From an uncultured delta proteobacterium (GTDB lineage: Bacteria; Desulfobacterota; Desulfobacteria; Desulfobacterales; SG8-13): a stretch of 64,000 nt of DNA. The notes beneath the pieces were generated by a model that saw only the letters and a list, made by a program, of their open reading frames with translations, searched no databases and was not told the DNA's origin. The stretch covers positions 62,001-126,000 of the forward strand of contig CAWKCK010000001.1 of the NCBI GenBank assembly GCA_963848135.1. The letters run 5' to 3'. Below, piece after piece: positions 19,492 through 30,258 of this stretch. Each line of letters begins with the position of its first letter. Within the stretch, counting starts at the first letter, position 1. A program made the position numbers and the translations under genes.

Positions 19492-21453
19492 TTATAGCTC
19501 CGATATATCCAGCCATACAGACTGGTAACCATTTAAAAAAAGGTCACTAAATGAAGAAAGAATTTCACCGTTCAGCAAATTAGCAACCGTTCTTTTCACA
19601 CCGCACGCTTCTAAATGAGAGGCATCCAGTTTCTGGATTTTTTCTGAAAAGTTATTTATAACTAAAATTTTTTGGCTGTTATAAGCACGAATGTATCCGA
19701 ACAGGTGAGCATTGCCGGTATGGATAACCTCCATTCCTCCGTTTTTAAAGGCGGGTAATTTTTTACGCAAATTGAGTAGTTTGACCATTTCATGAAAGAA
19801 TCGCCATTCGAGCGTGTCCTGATCAGATAGCTCATCGCGGGCTTCCCACCTTTTCCTGGACCGGTGGACCCATCGGCTATCATTTACTTTGGTAGGATCA
19901 GTAAGGTACGTATAATCATTCAGCATACCCCATTCATCTCCAATATATATCAGCGGTATACCGCCAATGCTAACCTGAATACTTCTCAAAAGGTTGATCC
20001 GGCGAACAGCCATCTCGATCAATTCATTATCCTTCTTTTCAATAGCTTCCTCGAGTCCTGCAAGAGATGATAATGTTCCGGAGATACGAACATCCCCTGT
20101 ATCGGCATTGAATTGGAAAGGCACTCCCTTAGCGAAAGAACCTGGAAAATCGCCTGTGTAAAATCTATTAAGAAATCTGCGGTGGCCGGCTGGATCAATG
20201 CCGACATTTCGAGCGTCTTGATCGTCAAAAGTCCACCCGATATCGTCATGGCACCGAACATAATTCACCCATTGACAACCCGCGGGTATTCGATACCGAT
20301 TTCTCATTGAATGCTCAAGAAGCTTAACCTCCCGGGTTGCCAGCGATTCCCAAAGCAGCGCCATGAGCAAGGGATTGTAGGACAATTGGCACTCTTCAAA
20401 GTCAATATACCGAATTACCTCATCGGGCTCGACGATGGCTTCTGATTTAAATAGTAAACATGGTGCTGCTATTCTTGCAATTGCATTAAAAGCTCGGATG
20501 ATTGTATGCGCTTCTGGTTGATTTTCACAATTTGTCTCGAGTTTTTTCCAGATAAAGGCTACAGCGTCCAATCTCAACACTTCAACCCCTCGGTTAGCAA
20601 GAAAGAGCATTTCCTCTATCATGGAGCAAAACACTTCAGGGTTTGAGTAATTCAAATCCCACTGATAGCTGTTAAAGGTGGTCCAAACCCATCTCTTAAG
20701 ATCCTCACGCCACGTAAAACTTCCCCTCCTTACTGTTGGAAATATATCTCTGAGATATCTTTGGTATTGGTCTGGCAATGCCCGATCAGGAAATGTCAAG
20801 TAATAGGCCATAAAATCAGGGTCACCGGATTTGGCCTTTTTGGCCCATAGGTGCTCATCAGAAGTATGGTTGAATACAAAATCTAACGCCAGGCTGATTC
20901 CTTCTTTACGGAGTTGAATTGACAATTTGTAAAGATCATCCATTGTGCCAATGTCAGGATTAATCGCGCGATAGTCGCTTACAGCATAACCACCGTCGTT
21001 GTCGCCTCGGGGAACTGCAAATAGCGGCATGAGATGAAGATAGGTTAGTCCAAGCTTCTTGAAGTAGGGAATATGATCAACGAGTTTGGCAAGGTTATCG
21101 CTGAATAGATCAACGTACAATACACCGCCAGACATTTTTTCCGACTCAAACCAGTAAGGATCGGCCTGGCGTCTACTATCAAGGGATTTTAATTCTTCTG
21201 GTCTCTGTAACCAATATTGCACCATTAAATGTAAAACGCACTCGAGTGTATAAAAAAAATCAAATTGCCACCCGTATAAATCAAACAGATTAACGAACAG
21301 CCGTTGCCACTCTTTTCCCAGTCTGTCTTGAAATTTACGCCATTCTTGGGGTATTTGCTGGAGTTCTTCTCTAAATTCTTTTTCTATCTTCGGAAGAATG
21401 CGCTTTAAAGATTTGAAAGCCTTTTCCGTTTTCCAATCGTATCCAGTTATCAT
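19492..21453 (-). CDS. ams: Amylosucrase (GH13)
   Basis: DGGYAVSDY, DFVFNHTS, RLDAVAFIWK, FKSEAIV, YVRCHDDIGW, DSRWVHR. Confidence 0.9.
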   Translation of the reverse strand: MITGYDWKTEKAFKSLKRILPKIEKEFREELQQIPQEWRKFQDRLGKEWQRLFVNLFDLYGWQFDFFYTLECVLHLMVQYWLQRPEELKSLDSRRQADPYWFESEKMSGGVLYVDLFSDNLAKLVDHIPYFKKLGLTYLHLMPLFAVPRGDNDGGYAVSDYRAINPDIGTMDDLYKLSIQLRKEGISLALDFVFNHTSDEHLWAKKAKSGDPDFMAYYLTFPDRALPDQYQRYLRDIFPTVRRGSFTWREDLKRWVWTTFNSYQWDLNYSNPEVFCSMIEEMLFLANRGVEVLRLDAVAFIWKKLETNCENQPEAHTIIRAFNAIARIAAPCLLFKSEAIVEPDEVIRYIDFEECQLSYNPLLMALLWESLATREVKLLEHSMRNRYRIPAGCQWVNYVRCHDDIGWTFDDQDARNVGIDPAGHRRFLNRFYTGDFPGSFAKGVPFQFNADTGDVRISGTLSSLAGLEEAIEKKDNELIEMAVRRINLLRSIQVSIGGIPLIYIGDEWGMLNDYTYLTDPTKVNDSRWVHRSRKRWEARDELSDQDTLEWRFFHEMVKLLNLRKKLPAFKNGGMEVIHTGNAHLFGYIRAYNSQKILVINNFSEKIQKLDASHLEACGVKRTVANLLNGEILSSFSDLFLNGYQSVWLDISEL

Positions 21454-21560
21454 ATCCTCACATTCCTGCTTTGAAAAAAATTCTCAATAGCTCGTTAAGA
21501 TAAAAATAGTCAAGGGTTTTAGGATGTTTATTGGGTTTCGGATTAATTTTTTGGTGTGGA

Positions 21561-21619
21561 ATTCCAGTTTGGCAAGAATCCGGCCCTGAATCCCCCGGGT
21601 CAGCCGGGTTAGTTCCACA
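21561..21619 (-). repeat. 59-bp duplicated fragment of the cysteine synthase family gene (19038-19096)
   Basis: 56/59 identical; encodes VELTRLTRGIQGRILAKLE versus VELNRLTRGIQGRILAKLE. Confidence 0.9.
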
Positions 21620-21809
21620 TACGGTATAAATCCGGCGCTGCCCTTCCAAAGCAATCACGCTGTTTGACAAACGTTTCGTCTGAGGGTAAAAACTCATGCA
21701 GGTCCCTGCGTCCGGTACCTGCAGTTCTCTTAAAGCCTTGTTTGCGAAAATCCTCCGCACCTTTCGTTAACATTAATTTCAAATTGTACTGCAACTGGAA
21801 GGAGAATTC

Positions 21810-22709
21810 GTGATCCTTGTGATCGGAGAGATTCTGTTCGATATTTTCGAGAAATCCAAACGCCTTGGGGGAGCACCCTTCAATTTTGCCTACCACTTGA
21901 AACAGTCCGGTTTCCCGGTGCGGTTTATCTCCAGAATCGGCAAGGATGATAACGGCCGGGAAATCCTGAACCGAATCAAGGAGTTCGGATTCGATCCCGG
22001 CGACATTCAACTGGACGATGCCCATCCCACCGGAACCGTGCAGGTGCAAGTGGATAAGAACGGAGTTCCTGAATTTGACATTATTTCCGATGTTGCCTAC
22101 GATTATATTGAGCTCAAGCCGGAAGCCTATGCGGACCATCTCCTAAACGCCGAACTCGTTTATTTCGGAACGCTGATTCAAAGAACGGATCCGGCATTCA
22201 AGCAAATACAACAGTTCCTTCACCGCAAACAAGCCGGCACGGTGTCCTTCTACGACATCAATCTTCGCCGCGACTGCTATTCGGACGAGGTAATCGAAAG
22301 TTCCTTATACAAAACGGACATTCTCAAGCTCAACACGGATGAGTTGCGGGAATGCAAGCGCATCACCGGACTTGATCATGACGAGCCTTCCTTTATCCGC
22401 CATATGATGACTCAGTATTCGCTGCACACCGTAGCATTGACCAAGGGGGACGCTGGGAGTGAATTACATACGACAGAAGGCGTCCGTCGTGCCGCACCGG
22501 AACCTGCAGAGTTCATGGTCGATACGGTGGGGGCCGGAGATGCATACGCCGCCATGCTTGCTGCTGGTATATTAAAGAAATGGTCACCGCAGAAGATGCT
22601 CTCGCTGGCTACCGCGTTCGCATCACGCATCTGCACCATTGAGGGCGCCCTTCCGGATTCGGCCGAATTTTACGAGCCAATCCGAAAGCAGATCAGAAAC
22701 GGAGAATGA
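21810..22709 (+). CDS. PfkB-family carbohydrate kinase, probable fructokinase
   Basis: GGAPFNFA, DINLR and DTVGAGDAY; sucrose-cluster context. Confidence 0.88.
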   Translation: MILVIGEILFDIFEKSKRLGGAPFNFAYHLKQSGFPVRFISRIGKDDNGREILNRIKEFGFDPGDIQLDDAHPTGTVQVQVDKNGVPEFDIISDVAYDYIELKPEAYADHLLNAELVYFGTLIQRTDPAFKQIQQFLHRKQAGTVSFYDINLRRDCYSDEVIESSLYKTDILKLNTDELRECKRITGLDHDEPSFIRHMMTQYSLHTVALTKGDAGSELHTTEGVRRAAPEPAEFMVDTVGAGDAYAAMLAAGILKKWSPQKMLSLATAFASRICTIEGALPDSAEFYEPIRKQIRNGE

Positions 22710-22710
22710 C

Positions 22711-24907
22711 ATGCCATCGAACGGATTGCATATTCAACTGTTCAGCATTCACGGTCTGCTGCGCGCAGAAAATATGGAACTCGGCCGGAATGCGGACACC
22801 GGTGGGCAGGTCAAGTACGTGGTCGAGTTGGCAAAAGCGCTCGAGCAGCGCGAAGATGTGCAGCTGGTGGAACTGTTCACACGACTGATCTCTGACAAAA
22901 CCGTTTCCGAAGATTACGCCCAATCCATCGAAAAGGTAAGCGACAAGTTTCGCATCGTGCGAATTCAATGCGGCGGAAGGAAATACATTCGCAAGGAATT
23001 GTTATGGCCGCATCTGGATGAATACGTCGACAAAACCATCAAGTACATCAAGCGGCAGAAACGCATTCCCGATATCGTACACGGCCATTATCCGGATGCC
23101 GGCTATGTGGCCACGCTTCTGAGCGAATTTTTCGGTCTGCCAATGGTTTACACCGGCCATTCACTGGGCCGTTCGAAGCTGAGTCGCCTCTTAAACGACG
23201 GCATGACGGAGAAGGAGATCACCAAGAAATATAAAATCGACCATCGCATCCGAATGGAGGAAGAGATACTGAAGAAAGCCGATTTGGTGGTGACCAGTAC
23301 GAACCAGGAAATCAAGGAGCAGTACGGCCAGTACGATAACAAGGATATTCCCACCTTCAAGGTCATCCCTCCGGGCTTGGATATTGACAAGTTCTACCCT
23401 TATTATCATGATGCCCTTGCCGGATTCCGAGAAAAGTGAAACGGAAATGTACGCCCAGGCGTCGGTTTTGGAGGAACTTCATCGGTTTTTTAAACAGCCG
23501 GACAAACCACTGATACTTTCTTTATGCCGCCCGGACAAACGCAAGAACATCGCCGGACTCATTAAAGCATACGGTGAAGATTTGGAACTGCAATCCATGG
23601 CCAATTTGGCTGTGGTTGCCGGAATTCGCAAAGACATTTCCGAAATGGAAGATAACGAGCGCGATGTTCTGACGGAAATCCTGTTGCTGATGGATAAATA
23701 CGATCTGTACGGCAAAATCGCCATTCCCAAAAAACACGATTTCGAATACGAAGTACCGGAACTGTATCGCATCGCGGCGGAAAAGCGTGGCGTGTTCGTC
23801 AACTCCGCGCTCACCGAACCCTTTGGCATTACCCTGATCGAGTCGGCCGCCTGCGGTCTTCCGATCATCGCACCCAATGACGGGGGAGCGATGGACACCA
23901 TCAAGAATTGTGAATGCGGACTTCTAGTGGATACGACCGATACCGAAGCCATCGCCGCAGCCGTCAAACAGCTTATCGTCGACGGAGAAAAGTGGAAGCA
24001 GTATTCCAAAGCTGGGATTATGAACATCCGCAAGCATTATACCTGGGAGAGCCACGCCGCCAGGTATATGAAAGAAGTCAAGCGAGTGGTCGACAAATTC
24101 TATACAACCAAAATGAAAGTGGCCGTCCCCTCGGATGCCATCGGAAGGCGATTGGCAAAGCTCAACTATTTCCTCATCACAGACATCGACAACACCCTCA
24201 TCGGTGATGAAAATAGCCAATTGACCACATTACTTCAACTGTTGAAGCAGCATCGAGACTATATCGGTTTCGGCGTGGCCACCGGCCGCACCATCGAGTC
24301 GACCATAGCACAACTGGAAAAATTTGACGTTCATGCCCCCGACGTCATTATATCCTCAGTGGGATCGGAAATCTATTACGGGAAGAACATTCAATACGGA
24401 AGGGGCTGGGACGCCCACATCTCGGCCCAATGGAATCGGCAAAAGATCGTCCGGTTGCTCAAAGGATTTTCGTTCTTGACCTACCAGAAAGAAGACACCC
24501 AACGGCGTTTCAAGGTCAGCTACAACATGAAACCCGGCAAAGATCGCCTTGCCATGATTCACGATCAGCTTCTGCGCAACAAGTGCCGCTACAGCCTGAT
24601 CTATTCCCACAGCAAGTATCTGGATATACTGCCCTACCGGGCCTCGAAAGGGAAGGCCATCCGCTATCTCAGTTACAAATGGGAAATTCCGCTGGCAAAC
24701 TTTCTCGTCTGCGGCGATTCGGGCAACGACGAAGAAATGCTGCGGGGCGAACCCAAAGCTGTTGTGGTGGGCAACTACAGCTCGGAACTCAAATCTCTTA
24801 AAGGGCTTCGGAATATCTATTTCGCAAAACAAAAATATGCTCGTGGAATTCTCGAAGCGATCGAACACTATAATTTTATCGAAAAAGCTCAACCCAAGGT
24901 GGACTGA
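22711..24907 (+). CDS. sps: Sucrose-phosphate synthase with C-terminal HAD (SPP-like) domain (apparent +1 frameshift near 23415)
   Basis: GRNADTGGQVKYVVEL, HGHY, TGHSLG, EPFGITLIE; HAD motifs TDIDNTL and GDSGNDEEML. The two ORFs join after removing one C. Confidence 0.9.
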
Positions 24908-24909
24908 CA

Positions 24910-27327
24910 ATGGAAAACTTGCTGAACAGCCTGATTGCCGAAGAAGATCACAAAGATTTTAAAGAGTTGATCTCCTTTATATCCGGATCGGGAACCGACA
25001 TCGTACTCCGAAACGGGATTCTCCAGCTTTTTCGTGATTATTGTGACAAACATGAAAGACCGGCACCTTTGTTGGAAAGCTCTTCCATCTTCGCCTTTTT
25101 GAAAAAGGCCCAGGAACTGTTCATCGTCGAGAGTCACCTGGCGCTTATGCACCGCTACGCTATGGCCAAATACCGATTTTACATCATTCGAAATGATGGG
25201 GAGTACATCGAGGAGACAACGCTTGACAGTTACCTCAACCTGAGAGATTACTACGCCCGGCAGATGAAATCGAACGGTCTCCGGCTTCGCCTTGACTTCA
25301 TGCCTTTCTACGACTTTACGCCTACCATTCGTGATATTCGTTCGGTGGGTAACGGCATTCGTTTTCTGAACCGCTACATGAGCAGCAACATTTTCAGCCG
25401 CTCTCGGGAGTGGATCGAAAAATCATTTAAGTTCATCAAGATGCACCAGTACAACGGGCAGCAATTGTTAGTAAATGGCGCCATTCTCAATGATCCCACA
25501 ATCTTCCTCAAAGAAGTCGAAAAGGTTTTGGACTGGCTCGAAGCGGAGCATTTCGAGGCCCCTTATTCCAACGTGGAAGCACGCATGAAAAAGTCCGGCT
25601 TCGAGGTCGGCTGGGGCAACACGGTGGGACGGATCCGGGAAACCATGCAAATACTGCTGGCGCTGGTGGGAGAGCCGACGGATGAGTTGTTGGAGACATT
25701 CATATCACGGGTTCCGATGCCGCTCATCTCCAAGGTCGCCATCATCTCTCCCCATGGATGGTTTGGACAGACCAATGCGCTGGGAAAACCGGATACCGGT
25801 GGGCAGGTCATCTACATCCTGGATCAAGTCCGCGCCCTGGAGAAGCATTTGAAGAAGGAGCTGCGCCTGACTGGATTGGAAATCGATCCGCAAATTATCG
25901 TTTTGACCCGATTGATTCCGGAGGCGGCGGACACCACCTGCAACCAGCGGCTCGAGAAAATATTTCACACGGAAAACGGGTGGATTTTACGGGTACCGTT
26001 TCGCGACAACCACTACAACGTAGTCAAAAACTGGGTGTCACGATTCAAAATATGGCCTTACTTGGAAACCTTTGCCGAAGATGCTTCAACTGAGTTGCTC
26101 GGTGAATTTCAGGGGCGCCCCGACCTTATCATTGGCAACTATTCGGATGGCAACCTTGTGGCCTCCCTTCTTTCAGACAAGTTCGACGTAATCCAATGCA
26201 CTATCGCCCATGCCCTTGAAAAAACAAAGTACGCTTTTTCGGATTTGCACTGGCAGGAACTCGAAAGCGATTATCACTTTTCCCTCCAGTATACCGCGGA
26301 CATCTTCTCCATGAACAAATCCGATTTCATAATCACCAGTACCCTGCAGGAGATCATTGGAACCGAAGACACCATGGGCCAATATGAATCGTATCAGTTC
26401 TTCAGCCTGCCGCAGCTGTATCAGGTTGTTAGCGGGATAAACCTTTTCGCACCCAAGTTTAACGTCATTCCGCCAGGCGTGGATGAAGAACTCTATTTTC
26501 CCTATTTCGAACATGAGAAACGTATTCAGAACAAGCGAAAGCAGTGGGAGGGGCGTTTATTTACCGATGAATCAGATGACATATTCGGAAAACTCGACAA
26601 TCCTGATAAACCGTCGATCTTCACCATGGCCCGCTTTGACAAGATCAAGAACATTACCGGTCTTATCCATGCCTTCGGCATGAGCAAGAAACTGCAGCAA
26701 TTCTACAATCTGGTGTTTGCCGCCGGTACCATCCATGTCGATAAGTCCGGCGACATCGAGGAAAGAAATGAAATTACTAAGGCGTACGATCTCATCGAGC
26801 GCTTCAATTTACACGGCAAGGTACGCTGGCTGCCGAGCATCAACAAGCTCGACACCGGTGAGGTGTACCGGATTATTGCCGACCGCAAAGGCCTATTCGT
26901 TCAACCGGCGCTTTTCGAGGCTTTTGGCCTCACCATTATCGAGGCCATGGCCACCGGTCTTCCCACCTTCGCACCGAAATTCGGTGGACCGCTGGAGATT
27001 ATCGAATACGGCAAAAGCGGATTTTTGATGAATACCAGCAAGCCAGAATTGATTGGGGCAAGCCTGGAAGAATTCGCCGACAATTATCAAAAGAACGGAG
27101 ATTTGTGGAAATCGATCTCCGAAAACGGCATCGAGCGTGTGCAGAAACACTTCAACTGGAAAACCTATAGCCGGCGCCTGATAAACTTAACCAAGCTCTA
27201 CGGTTACTGGCGATACACCGTTTCCGGTAAGGGTATGATGGAAATGGATCGATATTGTGACGTTCTCTATCACTTTCTGATTAAAGAAAAAGCGGCCAAA
27301 ATCGATAAAACCGACGCATCCTATTAA
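24910..27327 (+). CDS. sus: Sucrose synthase
   Basis: GNGIRFLNR, SPHGWFGQ..LGKPDTGGQVIYILDQVRALE, GNYSDGN, HALEKTKY, FEAFGLT. Confidence 0.95.
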   Translation: MENLLNSLIAEEDHKDFKELISFISGSGTDIVLRNGILQLFRDYCDKHERPAPLLESSSIFAFLKKAQELFIVESHLALMHRYAMAKYRFYIIRNDGEYIEETTLDSYLNLRDYYARQMKSNGLRLRLDFMPFYDFTPTIRDIRSVGNGIRFLNRYMSSNIFSRSREWIEKSFKFIKMHQYNGQQLLVNGAILNDPTIFLKEVEKVLDWLEAEHFEAPYSNVEARMKKSGFEVGWGNTVGRIRETMQILLALVGEPTDELLETFISRVPMPLISKVAIISPHGWFGQTNALGKPDTGGQVIYILDQVRALEKHLKKELRLTGLEIDPQIIVLTRLIPEAADTTCNQRLEKIFHTENGWILRVPFRDNHYNVVKNWVSRFKIWPYLETFAEDASTELLGEFQGRPDLIIGNYSDGNLVASLLSDKFDVIQCTIAHALEKTKYAFSDLHWQELESDYHFSLQYTADIFSMNKSDFIITSTLQEIIGTEDTMGQYESYQFFSLPQLYQVVSGINLFAPKFNVIPPGVDEELYFPYFEHEKRIQNKRKQWEGRLFTDESDDIFGKLDNPDKPSIFTMARFDKIKNITGLIHAFGMSKKLQQFYNLVFAAGTIHVDKSGDIEERNEITKAYDLIERFNLHGKVRWLPSINKLDTGEVYRIIADRKGLFVQPALFEAFGLTIIEAMATGLPTFAPKFGGPLEIIEYGKSGFLMNTSKPELIGASLEEFADNYQKNGDLWKSISENGIERVQKHFNWKTYSRRLINLTKLYGYWRYTVSGKGMMEMDRYCDVLYHFLIKEKAAKIDKTDASY

Positions 27328-27353
27328 ATCAAGGTTGCTGCAGGCAGCACGAT

Positions 27354-28037
27354 TTAATTCGGTAGGGCCACCAATAGGTCGCCGTCCTTCTGGACTTTTA
27401 CAGCGAAAGGGATGCGATCGATATCAAGGGCGATGTCAAGATCGCGCGGGTCGAAATGAGGTTTCTCCGGATCCCTGAATTTGATCGAATCGCAGGAGGA
27501 AAGCAGCAGGGACCGTATGGCCGCCGGGTCAGATTTTTCACCGCGCAGCAGGTTTCGAAGGTAGAGTGCGCAGAGCTCGTCTTCTTCGCTCCGTTCCTGG
27601 CCGCCGGTTCCCATGGCAACCAGGGAAACCTCCGCCGGACCGGTAGCAAGTATGGACCGGACCGTGGCGGCTGCGTTGACCAAAGCCGCAACATACAGAG
27701 TTGCGTTTGCTCGTGCCGCTGCTGCGCCTTTGGTCCCCGCGCTGGTTGACTGCGCCAGAATTTTACCGCGCACCTTTGCCTGGGAGAGATCATGCGGTGA
27801 GTTGCCGAAGTCGAATCCGGGAACCTTGACGCCGCCGATTTCTCCAAAACACATATGGCATAGCCCATTTTGGCGCAGGTCCAGAGCTTTTTGAGGATGG
27901 TCCACCAAGATAATGCGTGCCGCGCCGGCGTGCAGTGCGATAGCGGCAGTCGTGAAGGCCCGGTAAACATCGATGATGACAACCGTGCCGGTGGCCTGTC
28001 GCGCGCCTTCCAACAGGCTGAGCAGGCGAATAAACAT
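27354..28037 (-). CDS. comB: ComB-family 2-phosphosulfolactate phosphatase
   Basis: IIDVYRAFTT, GEIGG..GFDFGNSP, EEDELCA. Confidence 0.85.
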   Translation of the reverse strand: MFIRLLSLLEGARQATGTVVIIDVYRAFTTAAIALHAGAARIILVDHPQKALDLRQNGLCHMCFGEIGGVKVPGFDFGNSPHDLSQAKVRGKILAQSTSAGTKGAAAARANATLYVAALVNAAATVRSILATGPAEVSLVAMGTGGQERSEEDELCALYLRNLLRGEKSDPAAIRSLLLSSCDSIKFRDPEKPHFDPRDLDIALDIDRIPFAVKVQKDGDLLVALPN

Positions 28038-28040
28038 GAT

Positions 28041-29009
28041 TTAATAGCCTCGTTGAAAATCGACCCGGTGCAACAGGGGGTTGCCGACGATAAAACGACG
28101 GTAGTTTTCGGCGAAGATACCCACGATATCGGATGGGAAACTGTATCCTGAAATGTGAGGTGTAATATATACATTGGGCAAAGACCAGAGCGGGCTTTCC
28201 TGCGGTAGCGGCTCCTTTTCGAAAACATCCAGGACGGCGCCACCGATTCGCCCGCTTTGCAGCGCCCGTATCAGGGCATTCTCCGAAACAACACTGCCCC
28301 GTCCGATGTTTATTAGAACCGCGGTCGCCTTCATGGCCGCAAACGCTGCGTCGTCAAATTTGTGAAACGTGTCCGGGGTGCTCGGAAGCGTGTTTATTAT
28401 GTAATCCGGAAGGGCCAGAAATTCCTTGAAACCGTCCTCGGAAAACACCTGTTCGGCCTCAGGGATACTCACTCCGGTTTTTTTGTAGCCCCAAACGCGC
28501 ATTCCGAAATGGTTGGCGGTTTGAGCAATGTGTCTTCCAATCGATCCGATGCCGCAAATACCGAGAAGGCGACCTTTGAGGCTTTTGTAAGGGATCTTCT
28601 GCCAGATTCGAAGGTGTTGATTTCGGTATAGATCGAAAGCATGGCGCTCGAGTGCCACCATGTAGCTGAAGACATATTCACTCATGAACGGCCCGAAAAC
28701 ATTTTTTACACCACTGAGAATATAATCGGTTCGTGCCTGCGGAGGGATAAGGGCCTCGACGCCGGCAAAGGTTGATTGAACCCACAAAAGTTTTGGCGCC
28801 TGGTCAATCACGGGTGCGATGCGTTTCGGTTCGCCAAGAATGATCGTGCAATCTTTTGCGAGGACAAGGGCTTTCTCGGCCGACTCGACGGCGTTGATAT
28901 AGAGATCCGGCAAAGCCAGCGCTTTAATCAACCCCTCGTAAACAGCGGCATCACGGGATATTATCAGGAGCCTGTTTTTGGTTTTCATGTGTTGAGGTTG
29001 TCCCCTCAT
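28041..29009 (-). CDS. D-2-hydroxyacid dehydrogenase
   Basis: GIGSIG, INIGRG, LDVFEKEPLP, ITPHISG. Confidence 0.92.
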   Translation of the reverse strand: MRGQPQHMKTKNRLLIISRDAAVYEGLIKALALPDLYINAVESAEKALVLAKDCTIILGEPKRIAPVIDQAPKLLWVQSTFAGVEALIPPQARTDYILSGVKNVFGPFMSEYVFSYMVALERHAFDLYRNQHLRIWQKIPYKSLKGRLLGICGIGSIGRHIAQTANHFGMRVWGYKKTGVSIPEAEQVFSEDGFKEFLALPDYIINTLPSTPDTFHKFDDAAFAAMKATAVLINIGRGSVVSENALIRALQSGRIGGAVLDVFEKEPLPQESPLWSLPNVYITPHISGYSFPSDIVGIFAENYRRFIVGNPLLHRVDFQRGY

Positions 29010-29392
29010 TTCTTTTTATTTTTCAACAAAGCGTCCAGGCCGGCGAACGGTTTATGGGTGGATGCCGGTTCCGATCCTTCTCCCGGCGCGGGCGCCTCGG
29101 ACCATTCTGCTGCCAAATAGCGGGCGTGTTCGTTCTCGTGGCAATACAGGCACAGCAATTCCCAGTTGCTGCCGTCCGGGGGGTTGTTGTCGTGGTTGTG
29201 GTCCTTGTGATGGACTGTGAGTTCTCGGAGCCGCTTACCCTCAAATTCACGCCCGCACCGCGCACAGATCCAGGGGTATAACTTCAGTGCTTTTTCACGG
29301 TATGTGTTTTCCCGTTGTTCGCGGCTGCGCCGGGCATCGGAGATGATTTGGGCCATCCTGTCGTTTCCCGGTTGTGTTTTTTTGGTTACCAT
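29006..29392 (-). CDS. yajD: YajD-family HNH nuclease
   Basis: YREKALKLYPWICARCGREF, TVHHKDHNHDNNPPDGSNWELLCLYCHENEH. Confidence 0.9.
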   Translation of the reverse strand: MVTKKTQPGNDRMAQIISDARRSREQRENTYREKALKLYPWICARCGREFEGKRLRELTVHHKDHNHDNNPPDGSNWELLCLYCHENEHARYLAAEWSEAPAPGEGSEPASTHKPFAGLDALLKNKKK

Positions 29393-29486
29393 GTGTTTTC
29401 TTTCCGGCATGCTGCTATTGGATAGAAACCCCCACATTTTATCGAGGACGACTGCCCGGCAGCCGTTGCATCTGCACGGGAAATAT

Positions 29487-29801
29487 TCAAGGGCCGGTTT
29501 CGATGACCTGGCGAATGTTATCGACCGTGACCGGAACTTCCAAGTAAAGAATGTCGGGCGCCTCTCCGTATTTTTCCGTCACCATTGCCTTCCATTCGGG
29601 CGTGTAGCAGGCGGCGGCATCCGCTTTCGATTTCCACAGATAAATGCCACCGGAACGATCTCCCGATTCGGTTATGAAGTAATGCTTGCGTATCAAACCG
29701 GGCTTGTTGAGATACCGGGGCGCCGTTGACGTGAACACTTCCGATGCCTGGCTGACACTCCAATTTTTCTTCAGTTTGAATGTAACAATGGCAATAATCA
29801 C
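29487..29801 (-). CDS. YdhR-like monooxygenase / dimeric alpha-beta barrel protein
   Basis: TAPRY..PGLIRKHY and GGIYLWKS; AAGGAGG before GTG 29801. Confidence 0.75.
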   Translation of the reverse strand: MIIAIVTFKLKKNWSVSQASEVFTSTAPRYLNKPGLIRKHYFITESGDRSGGIYLWKSKADAAACYTPEWKAMVTEKYGEAPDILYLEVPVTVDNIRQVIETGP

Positions 29802-30258
29802 AAGAACCTCCTTTTGCAACCGTATAATCTTTCCCCGGGGGTCCGGGTCGTATGTGGTCGTCTCCGGTCTTTCTCCGGCTTGATTTAACAGCCTGTTGAA
29901 TATTGACTTTCTGACTTCCACCAGTGCAATGATGATATCATTGCCCATCCAATTCATAAATGATATTTTTATTCAATTCTTGAAATAGGCTGGGCGGCTT
30001 TGCGAACTGAATTGCATCTGGGTTCAAAATGGTTATCGTTCGACAAATCTACCGGATAACCGTTTAGTATTCCGAGACGATTATTGTCTTTCGTTCTTGA
30101 CAGTTATGGAACACCTTCGTTATTTATAAAAACCGGGTAATTATCGTCCCCGGTTACGCGTTCGGCCGGCGGCGGAAACGATGGCGGCGGGTGCCCTGGC
30201 TTATACGCGCCGGCTCTGCCGCCGTTACATCAATAATAGATATTTCGAAAAGAACATC

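Noticed and set aside
21620..21770. Possible gene remnant beside the duplicated cysteine-synthase fragment
   Set aside because: Coding-like composition, but no family or reading frame could be assigned.
23400..23440. Selenocysteine read-through or programmed frameshift at the sps TGA (likewise azlD)
   Set aside because: The downstream homology lies in another frame, and the pattern matches the other single-base insertions.
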